Assembly (NCBI GenBank): GCA_050246315.1
Contig: JBFWWG010000002.1
Span: forward strand, 128,001 to 192,000
DNA: 64,000 nucleotides
Direction of reading: 5' to 3'
From: Nitrospiraceae bacterium
Lineage (GTDB): Bacteria; Nitrospirota; Nitrospiria; Nitrospirales; Nitrospiraceae
Below, one piece after another: positions 44,686 to 54,600 of the stretch. Made by a program: the position numbers and the translations under genes. Numbering within the stretch: the stretch's first letter is position 1; each line of letters begins with the position of its first letter. The notes under the pieces were generated by a model, which worked only from the letters and a program-made list of their open reading frames with translations, was not told the origin of the DNA and did not search any database.

Positions 44686-46059
44686 TCACGAGGTTTCTTG
44701 GGGGTTATGCCAGCCGCCGTCGATAAGCCGATCGGCCTCACGAGGACCCCAGGTGTTCGGCTCGTATTCGTACAACGGCGTCGCCACTCCTAGGATCGGT
44801 TCCACCACACGCCAGGCGGCCTCCACGCCGTCTTCGCGTGCGAAAAGCGTGGCGTCGCCCCTGACGGCATCGCCAAGGAGACGTTCGTAGGCATCCATAT
44901 TGTCCCCGGAGCTATGGTGCGCGACAAGCTCGATGCGCTCTCCCACCATCGCTTCCCCTGGCACCTTGGCCTTGGTGCCCAGGGCGATCAGCACGTCGGG
45001 GCTGAGCCGAAAGCGAAAATGGTTCGGTAGCGCCGGTTCGCGCTCGTCCAACACGGGGCAACACGGCCGCTTGAACTCGACCAGCACCTCAGTCGCTGTG
45101 ACGCGGAGGCACTTGCCGACCCGCACATAGAACGGCACGCCGGCCCACCGATCGCTGTCGATGTGAAACCGGAGTGCCGCGAACGTTTCCACCAGTGAGT
45201 CGGGTGCTACGCCGTCCTCCCGTCGATAGCCGCGGAACTGGCCCCGCACAACGTCTGAAGGACCGACCGACCGAATGGTCCGAAAGACCTTCACGCGTTC
45301 GCTTCGCATCGCTTCATGCTCGCTCTCGGCGGGCTGCTCCATGGCCAAAGTGGCGATCAACATCAGCATGTGATTCTGCACCACGTCTCGGATTGCTCCC
45401 GCCTCTTCATAGAAACGCCCACGACCCTCCACGCCGAAGCGTTCGGCCATCGTGATCTGCACACGTTCGACATGGCTGCGATTCCAACCGGCTTCGAGAA
45501 ACGGATTAGCGAACCGGAAGTACAGGAGGTTTTGGACCGGCTCTTTTCCAAGGTAGTGATCGATGCGGAAGATGGCTTGCTCCGGGAAATGCGCGCGCAG
45601 CGTCTTATTGAGCCTTTGAGCCGACGCCACGTCTCGACCGAAGGGCTTTTCCACAATAACGCGGGCATGAGCGACACAGCCGGACGTTGCCAAACTTTCG
45701 ATCACCGGCGCGAACAGACTGGGGGGAATGGCCAAATAGTACAGCGGGCGGCTCGCGGCAGCGAGTTCCTTGCGCAGACGGCCAAACGTGCTCGGATCGC
45801 GATAGTCGCCATCGACATACCGGAGCAATCCGGACAGCTTGGTGAACGCCGATCCGTCCACACCGCCGGATTTCTCGAGGCTGTCGTGGACGCGCATCTT
45901 CAACTGATCGAGATTCCATCCTGACTTCGCTACACCAATGACCGGTATATCAAGCTGGCCGCGACGGACCATGGCCTGTAGGGCAGGGAAAATTTTCTTA
46001 TGGGCAAGATCGCCGGTGGCGCCGAAAAACACGATCGCATCGGACTTTACAGTCACCAT
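44686..46059 (-). CDS. zwf: glucose-6-phosphate 1-dehydrogenase
   Basis: [21 protein letters not shown]. Confidence 0.95.
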   Translation of the reverse strand: MVTVKSDAIVFFGATGDLAHKKIFPALQAMVRRGQLDIPVIGVAKSGWNLDQLKMRVHDSLEKSGGVDGSAFTKLSGLLRYVDGDYRDPSTFGRLRKELAAASRPLYYLAIPPSLFAPVIESLATSGCVAHARVIVEKPFGRDVASAQRLNKTLRAHFPEQAIFRIDHYLGKEPVQNLLYFRFANPFLEAGWNRSHVERVQITMAERFGVEGRGRFYEEAGAIRDVVQNHMLMLIATLAMEQPAESEHEAMRSERVKVFRTIRSVGPSDVVRGQFRGYRREDGVAPDSLVETFAALRFHIDSDRWAGVPFYVRVGKCLRVTATEVLVEFKRPCCPVLDEREPALPNHFRFRLSPDVLIALGTKAKVPGEAMVGERIELVAHHSSGDNMDAYERLLGDAVRGDATLFAREDGVEAAWRVVEPILGVATPLYEYEPNTWGPREADRLIDGGWHNPQETS

Positions 46060-46338
46060 GATCACGCTCCTTTCTCGCCGGCCCGAGATCACATAAGAGT
46101 CGAGATCCTAACTCCACACGTCTCCGCCCGGTTTTATGTTGGCTTAGCCCGCATGATTCATGACGGTTCGTTGCCTAGCACCCGGTGCGCATGAAGAGGC
46201 AACGGGGACCCGACCGTCGCCGAGCTAGACGGACAAGCACCGGCATGGTGGCACACGCTTTGGGCGCCGTTCGAAGCCCGGCATTCCGGATTCAAGAGGA
46301 GGATCGTGGTTTCCAAGTGCTGCGACCAGAGCGTCCGC

Positions 46339-46701
46339 TCACGCATGCTCTTTCAGATTGCGCTCGAGATAAGACTTTAACGCGAGCGCGTTGTTGTGCT
46401 CCTTGTCCTTCGCCCCGTACAGCAACGTGATGGGACCCTTTCGGACCGCCAGAAGGAGCGGACGCCAGGCTTCAGGCTTCTTGTCGAGCTCGGCGAAATA
46501 CCGGGTTTGGAATTCTTCCCATTTGTTCGGATCGTGATCGAACCATCGGCGCAGCTCCTCGCTCGGCGCCACATCCTTCAACCAGCCGTCCACATGGAGC
46601 GAGGTCCGCTTGACTCCCCTTGGCCACAGTCGATCAATCAAGAAACGGACTTCCTGACCATCGGATGGAACCATCTCATATGCTCGTTTCACCTGTATCA
46701 C
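46339..46701 (-). CDS. DUF488 / YeaO-like protein
   Basis: KRAYE, LIDRLWPRG, APSEELRRWF, TLLYGAKD..HNNA. Confidence 0.88.
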   Translation of the reverse strand: MIQVKRAYEMVPSDGQEVRFLIDRLWPRGVKRTSLHVDGWLKDVAPSEELRRWFDHDPNKWEEFQTRYFAELDKKPEAWRPLLLAVRKGPITLLYGAKDKEHNNALALKSYLERNLKEHA

Positions 46702-47142
46702 AATCTCCCCTCGCTCAGCTTCTTCGATGCCGAGCCCCCGGCCTCGGCGAGAAGCTGACGCTCCTGTCGAATGACCAGGACACCTCTCTCGCTCGTCCGT
46801 TCTTTCCGCCGCCCGCCGGTTGGGACTTGGTATCGCCCCGGCCCCGCTTGCCGGACATCGGCATCGCTCCGTTGCCTCAAGTCGAATTCAACCTCTTTCG
46901 AACGTCATGCTCATAACGACAACGCCGAGGTTTTCCTGCATCCGCGGGCAGCCAGCACTTCTCAACGTCGAATCACGCCATGAGGCAGGCAACCGGAATG
47001 GAGAGATCTGATGGGCCAATCGTCACTATGGCCGATATGGCCGAGAACCGCCGCTTCACCGTGCCGCGGCGACAAGTCCTCGGACGTCCCCCGCACGTGA
47101 GGAAAGCAGACAAACCGCAACTGCCCACGCGGCAGTCGTTCG

Positions 47143-48663
47143 TCAAGGCGCACCACCCTCGAATTGCAATCGTTCTTCTTCCTCTCTCTGTAGCGCGGTG
47201 ATCATCGAGTCCTGCATCAGTCGATGCATCTCTGCGCGCTCCACTTCCGTCAGACACGTCTTGGCGTCCTGGACGGCTGCCGTCAACAACGTCGAGGCCA
47301 GGGACGAAGGACTCTGTGAGAGGACCGATGCCATTGCGACAACCTCCGCGTAGATGCTCTGGTCAAGCTCCAAGACGAGCTGTTTTCCCCGAGGTCGGGT
47401 AGCCCCCGGCCCGGTTCCGGAAACGGACCGGATTGTCCGGATCAACGCCGCCACAGGACTGCCGTGCTCGAAGCCAAACATCACCATGTTCAGAAAGCGG
47501 TTTTCAAACTCCTTTTTCGCTTCATACACCCAGCGCCCCTGCTTGAGTTCGGTGATGTCTCCCACCGGGACGCGGAGTGCGGACAGGTATGCGGCATGGT
47601 CCTGTCCGCCTTCCATCACCCGCCGCCTGTGTTCTTCGTTCGCGCGTTGAAGAGGCCGGCCATGTAAGCCTGCAACGAGGTTATGGCAGGCGATGTGCAC
47701 CTCCTCCTGGATCGCGTCCACAGTTTGAGGAAGGCCGACCTCCACCGGGGTTGAGGAAGCGCGACTCGGGGTAATGCAGATCCCTGTCGCGAAGACCTTC
47801 TCGTATCGCTCGCTTCTTAGGTAGTGATCGACCTTGAGCAACCCATGGGCATCGGTGGGAAGAGCGCTGGCGGCAACGGCAGGGATGCCGCCGAACCGCG
47901 GCCAGTAGACACCGAAGACATAGCGAATGTCTTCTCCATTCGTGCTTCCATCATCCCTGTGTCTCGTGATACGGATGCGTTCGTCCGTCACGTCGACGGT
48001 TTCGGCGCTTCCGATCCACTGAATGTCATGAGCCGTCAAGGCACGAGTCAGTGGCTCTTGTAAAGCCGAGCCGCCGATACCCAAATGGCCTTGGTAGGGT
48101 TCCGGGGTGATGACGGTGATCGGCGCGCGGCGCCTGATCCCGCGCCTCCGAAGATCGGCATCGACGAGAAAGGCGTATTCGTAGACGGAGCCCAGAATCG
48201 CCGCGCCGGGCGCCGCGCCGATCACCATGGGTCCGGGGCGACGCACAAACTGTTCGTAGGCCTGCCTAGTCTCCAACGCCTGTTCGAGGGTAAGCACGCT
48301 ATGGAGCGCTGCGAGACCGGGAACCTCGTGCCATCGAGGAACGGCACCGCAGGCGATTATGATGGCATCGTAGGAGAGTTCCTGGGTCTTATCGACCATG
48401 ATGCGACTGCGATCGGCGTCGATGGTCGTTACGGCTCCATGTACGAAACCGATTCCGTGCGCCTCTAGGTACGGCTTCATAGGGATGACGATGTCGGCCT
48501 CGATGCGCCAACCGACCGCCAGCGCCGGATTGGAAGGGACGAACTGAAAATAGTCTCGGTCTGACACGACGGTGATGCGGGCGTCGGCGCCAAGCCGGCG
48601 CTTGAGCTCATAGGCGGCCGGCACGCCGGCGATACCGGCGCCCATCACGATAAGGTCGGGCAT
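47143..48663 (-). CDS. type-I SQR-like flavoprotein lacking the catalytic cysteines, with a C-terminal RHH-like extension (506 aa)
   Basis: GAGIAGVPAAYE, FQFVPSNP, EPYQGHLGIGG, GRWVYEAKKEFE; GGAG RBS 35 nt after the narI stop. Confidence 0.85.
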   Translation of the reverse strand: MPDLIVMGAGIAGVPAAYELKRRLGADARITVVSDRDYFQFVPSNPALAVGWRIEADIVIPMKPYLEAHGIGFVHGAVTTIDADRSRIMVDKTQELSYDAIIIACGAVPRWHEVPGLAALHSVLTLEQALETRQAYEQFVRRPGPMVIGAAPGAAILGSVYEYAFLVDADLRRRGIRRRAPITVITPEPYQGHLGIGGSALQEPLTRALTAHDIQWIGSAETVDVTDERIRITRHRDDGSTNGEDIRYVFGVYWPRFGGIPAVAASALPTDAHGLLKVDHYLRSERYEKVFATGICITPSRASSTPVEVGLPQTVDAIQEEVHIACHNLVAGLHGRPLQRANEEHRRRVMEGGQDHAAYLSALRVPVGDITELKQGRWVYEAKKEFENRFLNMVMFGFEHGSPVAALIRTIRSVSGTGPGATRPRGKQLVLELDQSIYAEVVAMASVLSQSPSSLASTLLTAAVQDAKTCLTEVERAEMHRLMQDSMITALQREEEERLQFEGGAP

Positions 48664-48698
48664 GATTACTCTCCGATCCTGCGTCGCGGTCACCCTCG

Positions 48699-49391
48699 CT
48701 ACCGCCGGTGCAACCCCGAACGCACCACCTGATACGGCCGCACGAGATAGCCCAGCAGCGCAAACCCACTCCAAATGTGAACCAGCCTGCTGAAGGGAAT
48801 GAGCGCGAACAGCGTCATCCCCAAAACCAGGTGAACCTGATAGACCAACGGCATGGTCGCCACCAAGGACGCCGCGCCGCCCCGAAACGTGACGATATGA
48901 CGGGCCCATTGGGACAAGGGAATCAGGTAGCCTCCCGAGAGTTCGCGGGCAGAAAAATATAGAGTGGTGAGGCCGAACAACAGGGTGAGAAGAATCCACA
49001 CCAGCACGACCAGATCCATCACATGCGTGGTTGCGCGGATCCTCGCATCCGTGACCCGGCGATGAATGAGCAGGAGCAGACCGGCCAAGCAAACAGATCC
49101 AAAGAGGCCGCCGCTGATCATGGCCACCAACTGATGCCCGCGCAGACTGATCCCCAGAATTCCAAACACTTCCGGCAGGAGGAGACCGACGAAATGTCCC
49201 AGAAAGAGGAACAGCACTCCGACATGAAAAAGATTGCTGCCGAGCCGGAGCGTATTTCGCTTGAGCAGCTCGCTCGAATGGCTCGTCCAGGTATACTGGC
49301 CCCGTTCAAAACGCAGCAAACTACCCAGGAGAAACACGGAGCCGGCTAGATAGGGATAAATCTGAAAGAAGAACTCGTGGACATCGCCCAT
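48699..49391 (-). CDS. narI: respiratory nitrate reductase gamma subunit
   Basis: Four heme b His: LFH..GH, VHLVLG, SRLVH. Confidence 0.95.
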   Translation of the reverse strand: MGDVHEFFFQIYPYLAGSVFLLGSLLRFERGQYTWTSHSSELLKRNTLRLGSNLFHVGVLFLFLGHFVGLLLPEVFGILGISLRGHQLVAMISGGLFGSVCLAGLLLLIHRRVTDARIRATTHVMDLVVLVWILLTLLFGLTTLYFSARELSGGYLIPLSQWARHIVTFRGGAASLVATMPLVYQVHLVLGMTLFALIPFSRLVHIWSGFALLGYLVRPYQVVRSGLHRR

Positions 49392-49400
49392 TGCGTCTCA

Positions 49401-50030
49401 TCATCCTCTCGAATCATGTCGAGCATCACCAGATCCGCCAGAGCCAGCGAAGTCACTCGCCGGAGTCCACCGCATTGAACTCCGATCACGGTTGCCTCGC
49501 ATTGTGGAGAGGATTGGGGTCAGCGCCGAACGGGAAGTCAGCGTCAGAAGAGCCTCGAAAGCGCCGACGTAGGGAGAGCCGGTATCTGCAAGCCGGTGGC
49601 GCAGGATCTGTACGACATCGTCGATGTCGGCGAGTCGCCCTTGCGCGTCTTTCGGCGGGATCAGGGACAGGAACTCGAGAAACAGCGGAAGAAAATCCGG
49701 CAATTCCCGGCTCGTCGGCTCCAGACCGAACCGTCGGTATTCTTCCACCAGTCGAGCCATCGCCTCACCTCGCTCGCGAGAATCCCCCATCCTGTGCTCG
49801 AAGACATGCAGTGAATGAGCGGCATTGCGATCAAACGTCTCGACATAGGCTTCCTGTAGATCGATCAACGGTCCGCGTTCGAGATAGGTGAACAGCCCCT
49901 CAAGCCGACGCCCGGCACGCCGGCCTCGTCCGGTCTCGGCGGAGACCATCGCCCGCAACTCACCGACCGACTGGAGCCAGTCCTGTTGGGGATAGGTCAA
50001 GAGCAGCGCGATGGCCTTATAGAGCCTCAC
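49401..50030 (-). CDS. narJ: nitrate reductase molybdenum cofactor chaperone
   Basis: LQEAYVETFD, DSRERG, ELPDFLPLFLEF; GTGA overlap with narH. Confidence 0.93.
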   Translation of the reverse strand: MRLYKAIALLLTYPQQDWLQSVGELRAMVSAETGRGRRAGRRLEGLFTYLERGPLIDLQEAYVETFDRNAAHSLHVFEHRMGDSRERGEAMARLVEEYRRFGLEPTSRELPDFLPLFLEFLSLIPPKDAQGRLADIDDVVQILRHRLADTGSPYVGAFEALLTLTSRSALTPILSTMRGNRDRSSMRWTPASDFAGSGGSGDARHDSRG

Positions 50031-51574
50031 GGCCTGCGGTTCCCTCTCCGGATGTCATTAACGCTAATGAGTTGCTGATTTGCCCGCCCCTTACCGGCGA
50101 ACAGACTTGCGCCCGTGACTCCTTCGGAAAATCGACTGTCGGCGGAGAAACCGCAGGAGCCCTGGTCATCGAAGGTGTGCGACAGGGCTTCCTGATGACT
50201 GGTAGGGATGACAAATCTGTCTTCATAATCGCCGATCGCGAGATACCGGTACATCTCCATAATCTGAGCTTCGGTCAGGCCTACCAGTTGGATCAAGGAC
50301 ATATCGGCTTGGCCCTCCAGGTCTTTCGTTCGCATGTACCGCCGCATGGCGAGCAATCGATCAACGGCGCGCACGATAGGCTCTTCGTTTCCTGCGGTGA
50401 GGAGACTGGCGAGGTATCGTATCGGTATCCGGAGCGAGGAGGTGTGCGGGAGCGGGTCGGTTTCCAGCGGTCCGACCTCGGCTGAATTGACCGCCGGCGA
50501 GAGCGGCGGGATGTACCACACCATGGGCAATGTCCGGTATTCGGGATGGAGCGGAAACGCCAGTTGCCACTCGACCGCCAGCTTATAGACTGGAGAGCGC
50601 GTGGCCGCCTCCAGCCAATTGTCGGGAAGCCCGTCCTGTTTCGCCTGGGCCTGTACAGCCGGATCATGGGGGTCCAAGAACAGGCCAAGCTGGGCCTCAT
50701 ACAGATCCTGTTCGTGTTCGACGCTCGCCGCTGTTTCGATCCGGTCCGCGTCGTAGAGGATGACGCCCAGGTATCGCAGACGACCGACGCAAGTCTCCGA
50801 GCAAATCGTGGGCTGGCCCGATTCGATGCGTGGGTAGCAGAAGGTGCACTTCTCGGCCTTCCCGGTGCTCCAGTTATAGTAGATTTTTTTATAGGGGCAC
50901 CCGCTGACGCACATCCGCCAGCCGCGACACTTGTCCTGGTCCACGAGCACAATGCCGTCTTCTTCGCGCTTGTAGATCGACCCGGATGGGCACGAGGCAA
51001 CGCAGGTGGGATTCAAACAATGCTCGCAGAGCCGCGGCAGGTAGAACAGAAAAGTGTTCTCGAACGAGGCCAGAAGGTCCGGATCGAGTCCATCGCAGTT
51101 CACGTCTTTGAGCCGTTCCGCCGTCTCGCCTCCGAGATCGTCCTCCCAATTCGGGCCATGCTCAATCTTGTCTTTGACCTCACCGGTAATGATGGACAGA
51201 GGTCGGGCGGTGGGCACGGTCGCTCCTTCCGGCGCGTACTGGAGCTGGTCGTAGTCGAACGTGAACGGCTCGTAATAATCGTCGAGCTGCGGCAGGTGGG
51301 GATTTGCAAATATGTTGGCCAGGATTCGCCAGCGCGCCCCCTGCTTCGGCTCGATCGTGCCGTCTTGTTTTCGCCGCCATCCGCCCCTCCAGTGTTCTTG
51401 GTTCTCCCATTCGTGAGGATAGCCGACGCCAGGCTTGGTTTCGACATTGTTGAACCAGGCGTATTCCACGCCTTCACGAGAGGTCCACACGTTCTTGCAG
51501 GTGACGGAGCAGGTGTGGCAGCCGATACACTTATCGAGGTTCATGACCATGGCCACCTGCGCGCGGACTTTCAT
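50027..51574 (-). CDS. narH: respiratory nitrate reductase beta subunit
   Basis: MKVRAQVAMVMNLDKCIGCHTCSVTC, CEHCLNPTC, CRGWRMC, HPEYRTLPMVWY. Confidence 0.97.
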   Translation of the reverse strand: MKVRAQVAMVMNLDKCIGCHTCSVTCKNVWTSREGVEYAWFNNVETKPGVGYPHEWENQEHWRGGWRRKQDGTIEPKQGARWRILANIFANPHLPQLDDYYEPFTFDYDQLQYAPEGATVPTARPLSIITGEVKDKIEHGPNWEDDLGGETAERLKDVNCDGLDPDLLASFENTFLFYLPRLCEHCLNPTCVASCPSGSIYKREEDGIVLVDQDKCRGWRMCVSGCPYKKIYYNWSTGKAEKCTFCYPRIESGQPTICSETCVGRLRYLGVILYDADRIETAASVEHEQDLYEAQLGLFLDPHDPAVQAQAKQDGLPDNWLEAATRSPVYKLAVEWQLAFPLHPEYRTLPMVWYIPPLSPAVNSAEVGPLETDPLPHTSSLRIPIRYLASLLTAGNEEPIVRAVDRLLAMRRYMRTKDLEGQADMSLIQLVGLTEAQIMEMYRYLAIGDYEDRFVIPTSHQEALSHTFDDQGSCGFSADSRFSEGVTGASLFAGKGRANQQLISVNDIRRGNRRP

Positions 51575-51612
51575 AAGACCTCCGTTCGTGACCGTCTTGG
51601 ACCACCTCAACG

Positions 51613-54600
51613 TTAGCCCGTCGTCGGACCGGCGCTCCATGTGACATGATCGAGCTTCCGCACGACGACCATCTCGTCTCGGTTGGTCCCGACCGTTCCA
51701 TAGTAGTTGTAGCCATAGGCCAGGTGCGCATAGCCACCGATCATGTGAGTCGGCTTCATCACAATCCTCGTCACGCTGTTGTGAATGCCCCCTCGCCGTC
51801 CCGTGGTCGGGGCCAGCGGCATGTTGATGATCTTGTCCTGCGCGTGGTACATCATCGCCACTCCGCGCGGAATCCGTTGGCTGAGGATCGCCCGCGCCAC
51901 CAGCGCGCCGTTGACGTTGACGACCTCGATCCAATCATTGTCCCGGATACCAACTTCCTTGGCTTCCGTCTCCGACAACCAGACGACGGGACCGCCTCGG
52001 GACAAGGTAAGCATCGGACTCGTCTCGCTGTAGGTTGTATGGATTCCCCACTTCTGGTGAGGTGTGATCCAACTGACGATAAGGACGTTCTTTTCATCCT
52101 CTCCCCGCCGACGGCTCAGCGCGTCAACGGATCGGGTATCCACGGGCGGCTTGTACGCACAGACCTGCTCGCCGAAGAGGCGCATCCACGGATGATCCTG
52201 GTAAAGCTGTTGGCGCCCGGTCAGGGTCCGCCAGGGGATGAGTTCCTGGATGTTGGTATAGTTCCCTGTGTAGGAGACCTTTTCCGACTCGATGCCGCTC
52301 CAAGTTGGCGAGGGGATGACCTTCCTGGGCTGGGCCACCAGGTCATCGAATGAGAACGATTCCTCGGCCCGCCCCTCGGCCAGATGTCTGTGCGATCGAC
52401 CGGTCCGCTGCGAGAGAGCGTCCCAGGCCTTGACCGCGACGCGACCGTTCGTTTCCGGAGCCAACGTCAGGATGGCTTGCGCCGCCTGTCGTGCCGTGTT
52501 CAGTTTCGGATAGGACTCTCGCTCGTCCAGGCTCACCTCCCCATTGACCTGGCGCAGCGCTTCGACCTCTTCCCTACTGTCCCATACGATTCCCTTCGCC
52601 CCGGTTCCCAGATCGCGCGTTAACGGCCCGAGTCTGATGAATCGATCGTAGGTCTCGCCATAGGGTCGCCTGACCACCGTCATGGTGGGCATCGTCTTGC
52701 CGGGGATGGCTTCACAATCTCCTCGCTTCCAGTCATCCGCCCTCATCGGCTGACCGAGCTCGCTCGGTGTATCGTGCAACAGAGGCGTCAGCACCAGGTC
52801 CTTTTGCGTGCCAAGGACCGGTCCGGCAAGTTCGGAAAACTTCCTGGCGATTTCTTTGAAAATCTCCCAATCAGACTTGCTCTCCCAGAGGGGATTCACG
52901 GCTTCACACAGCGGGTGGATGAAGGGGTGCATGTCCGACGTGTTCAGATCGTCCTTTTCATACCAGGTCGCGCTGGGCAGCACGACATCGGAATACAGGC
53001 AGGTCGAGGACATACGAAAATCGAGCGTCACAAGCAGATCGAGCTTTCCTGTGGCAGCCTCATCTTGCCAGACGACTTCGCATGGAAGCGGCGCCTCCTG
53101 TTCCTTGAGATCGGGTGCCAGGACGCCGTGGGGAGCACCGAGCAGATGCTTCAAAAAGTATTCATGACCCTTGGCGCTCGATCCGACCAAGTTGGAACGC
53201 CAGAGGAAGAGGTTTCGAACAAAATTTTGAGGATGATCGGGATCTTCCGAACCGATCGCGAGCTTGCCGCTTCTGAGCTGCTCGACGGCATACGCGATGG
53301 GGTGCGTTCCTGTCGCTTCCGCTTCGCTCACGACATCGAGCGGATTCCTGTTGAGCTGAGGCGCGGAAGGAAGCCAGCCTCTGCGTTCGGCCCGTATGTT
53401 CCAATCAATAAGATGTGTGGCATCCGCATCCGGATCGTCCTTGGCCGTCGGCGAGAGAATATCCGCCGGTCGCAGCGTTTCATACCGCCACTGGTCGGTA
53501 TGGGCATAAAAGAAGGAGGTACCGTTCATGTGTCGAGGCGGCCGGAGCCAATCCAATGCGAACGCCACGGTGGTCCAACCGGCAAGCGGCCGCACTTTTT
53601 CCTGTCCGACATAATGAGCCCACCCGCCGCCCGATCGCCCGACGCACCCGCACATGACCAGGATGTTGATGATCGCGCGGTAGACCATGTCGGTGTGGTA
53701 CCACTGATTGATCCCGTTCCCGACGATGACCAGTGAACGGCCTCGGGTCTTGTCCGCGTTCTCCGCGAACTCACGGGCGAGACGGATGATCTGATGGCGG
53801 GGGACGCCCGAATGTTTTTCGGCCCAGGCCGGCGTATAGGGCATGTCCCGATCGTAGTTCTGTGAAGTCTGATCGTCTCCAAGCCCTCGATCGAGACCGT
53901 ATCCGGCCAGCAGGAGATCATAGGCAGTGACCACGAGGCTCTCGCCATGAACGGTGCTGAGCCGCCGGGCCGGAACCAACCGGTGCATGATGGATGGGTG
54001 ATCGTCCTCAAAGTAGGGAAAGGCGACCGACACGATCTCGTCGGCCTGCGGCAGTACGCTCAGGGCCGGCACGATCTTGCGTCCGGTCGTCGCGTCGATC
54101 AGATCGAGATTCCACCGTCCTTTCTCGCGCCACCGAAAGCCGATGCTGCCGTGAGGCGCGCACAGATGTCCGGTGGCCTCATCCACGATCACCGTCTTCC
54201 AGTCCGGATTGTTGGTTTCGCCCAGTTGGCCGTCGAAGTCGGATGCTCGAACAAACCGGCCCGGCTCATATCCGTCGCCGGCGGGGCGCAGGAAGACCAA
54301 CATGGGCATGTCGCTGTACTGGCGGCAGTAGTCCAGAAAGTAGGGACTGCGGGCGGTCAGATGAAATTCCTTCAGGATGACATGGCCGAGCGCCAGGGCC
54401 AACGCGGCATCGGTGCCTCGGCGGGGAGCCAACCAAAGATCCGCAAACTTCACGTATTCCGCGAAGTCCGGAGCCACGGCGACGGTCTTGGCGCCTTTGT
54501 ATCGGGCAGCCGTATAGAAATGTGCATCGGGAGTCCGCGTCTGCGGAATGTTCGATCCCCAGACGACAATGTAGGAGGAGTTGTACCAGTCGGCAGCCTC

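Noticed and set aside
47143..48663. Functional sqr implying sulfide-driven nitrate reduction
   Set aside because: The catalytic cysteines are absent and there is no in-frame TGA that could encode Sec
47143..49092. 649-aa ORF-track version of the SQR-like gene
   Set aside because: The first 143 codons overlap narI out of frame; the Rossmann motif and RBS place the start at 48663
50027..51934. 635-aa NarH with an N-terminal extension
   Set aside because: The extension overlaps narG; the canonical MKVRAQ start with GGAGG is at 51574
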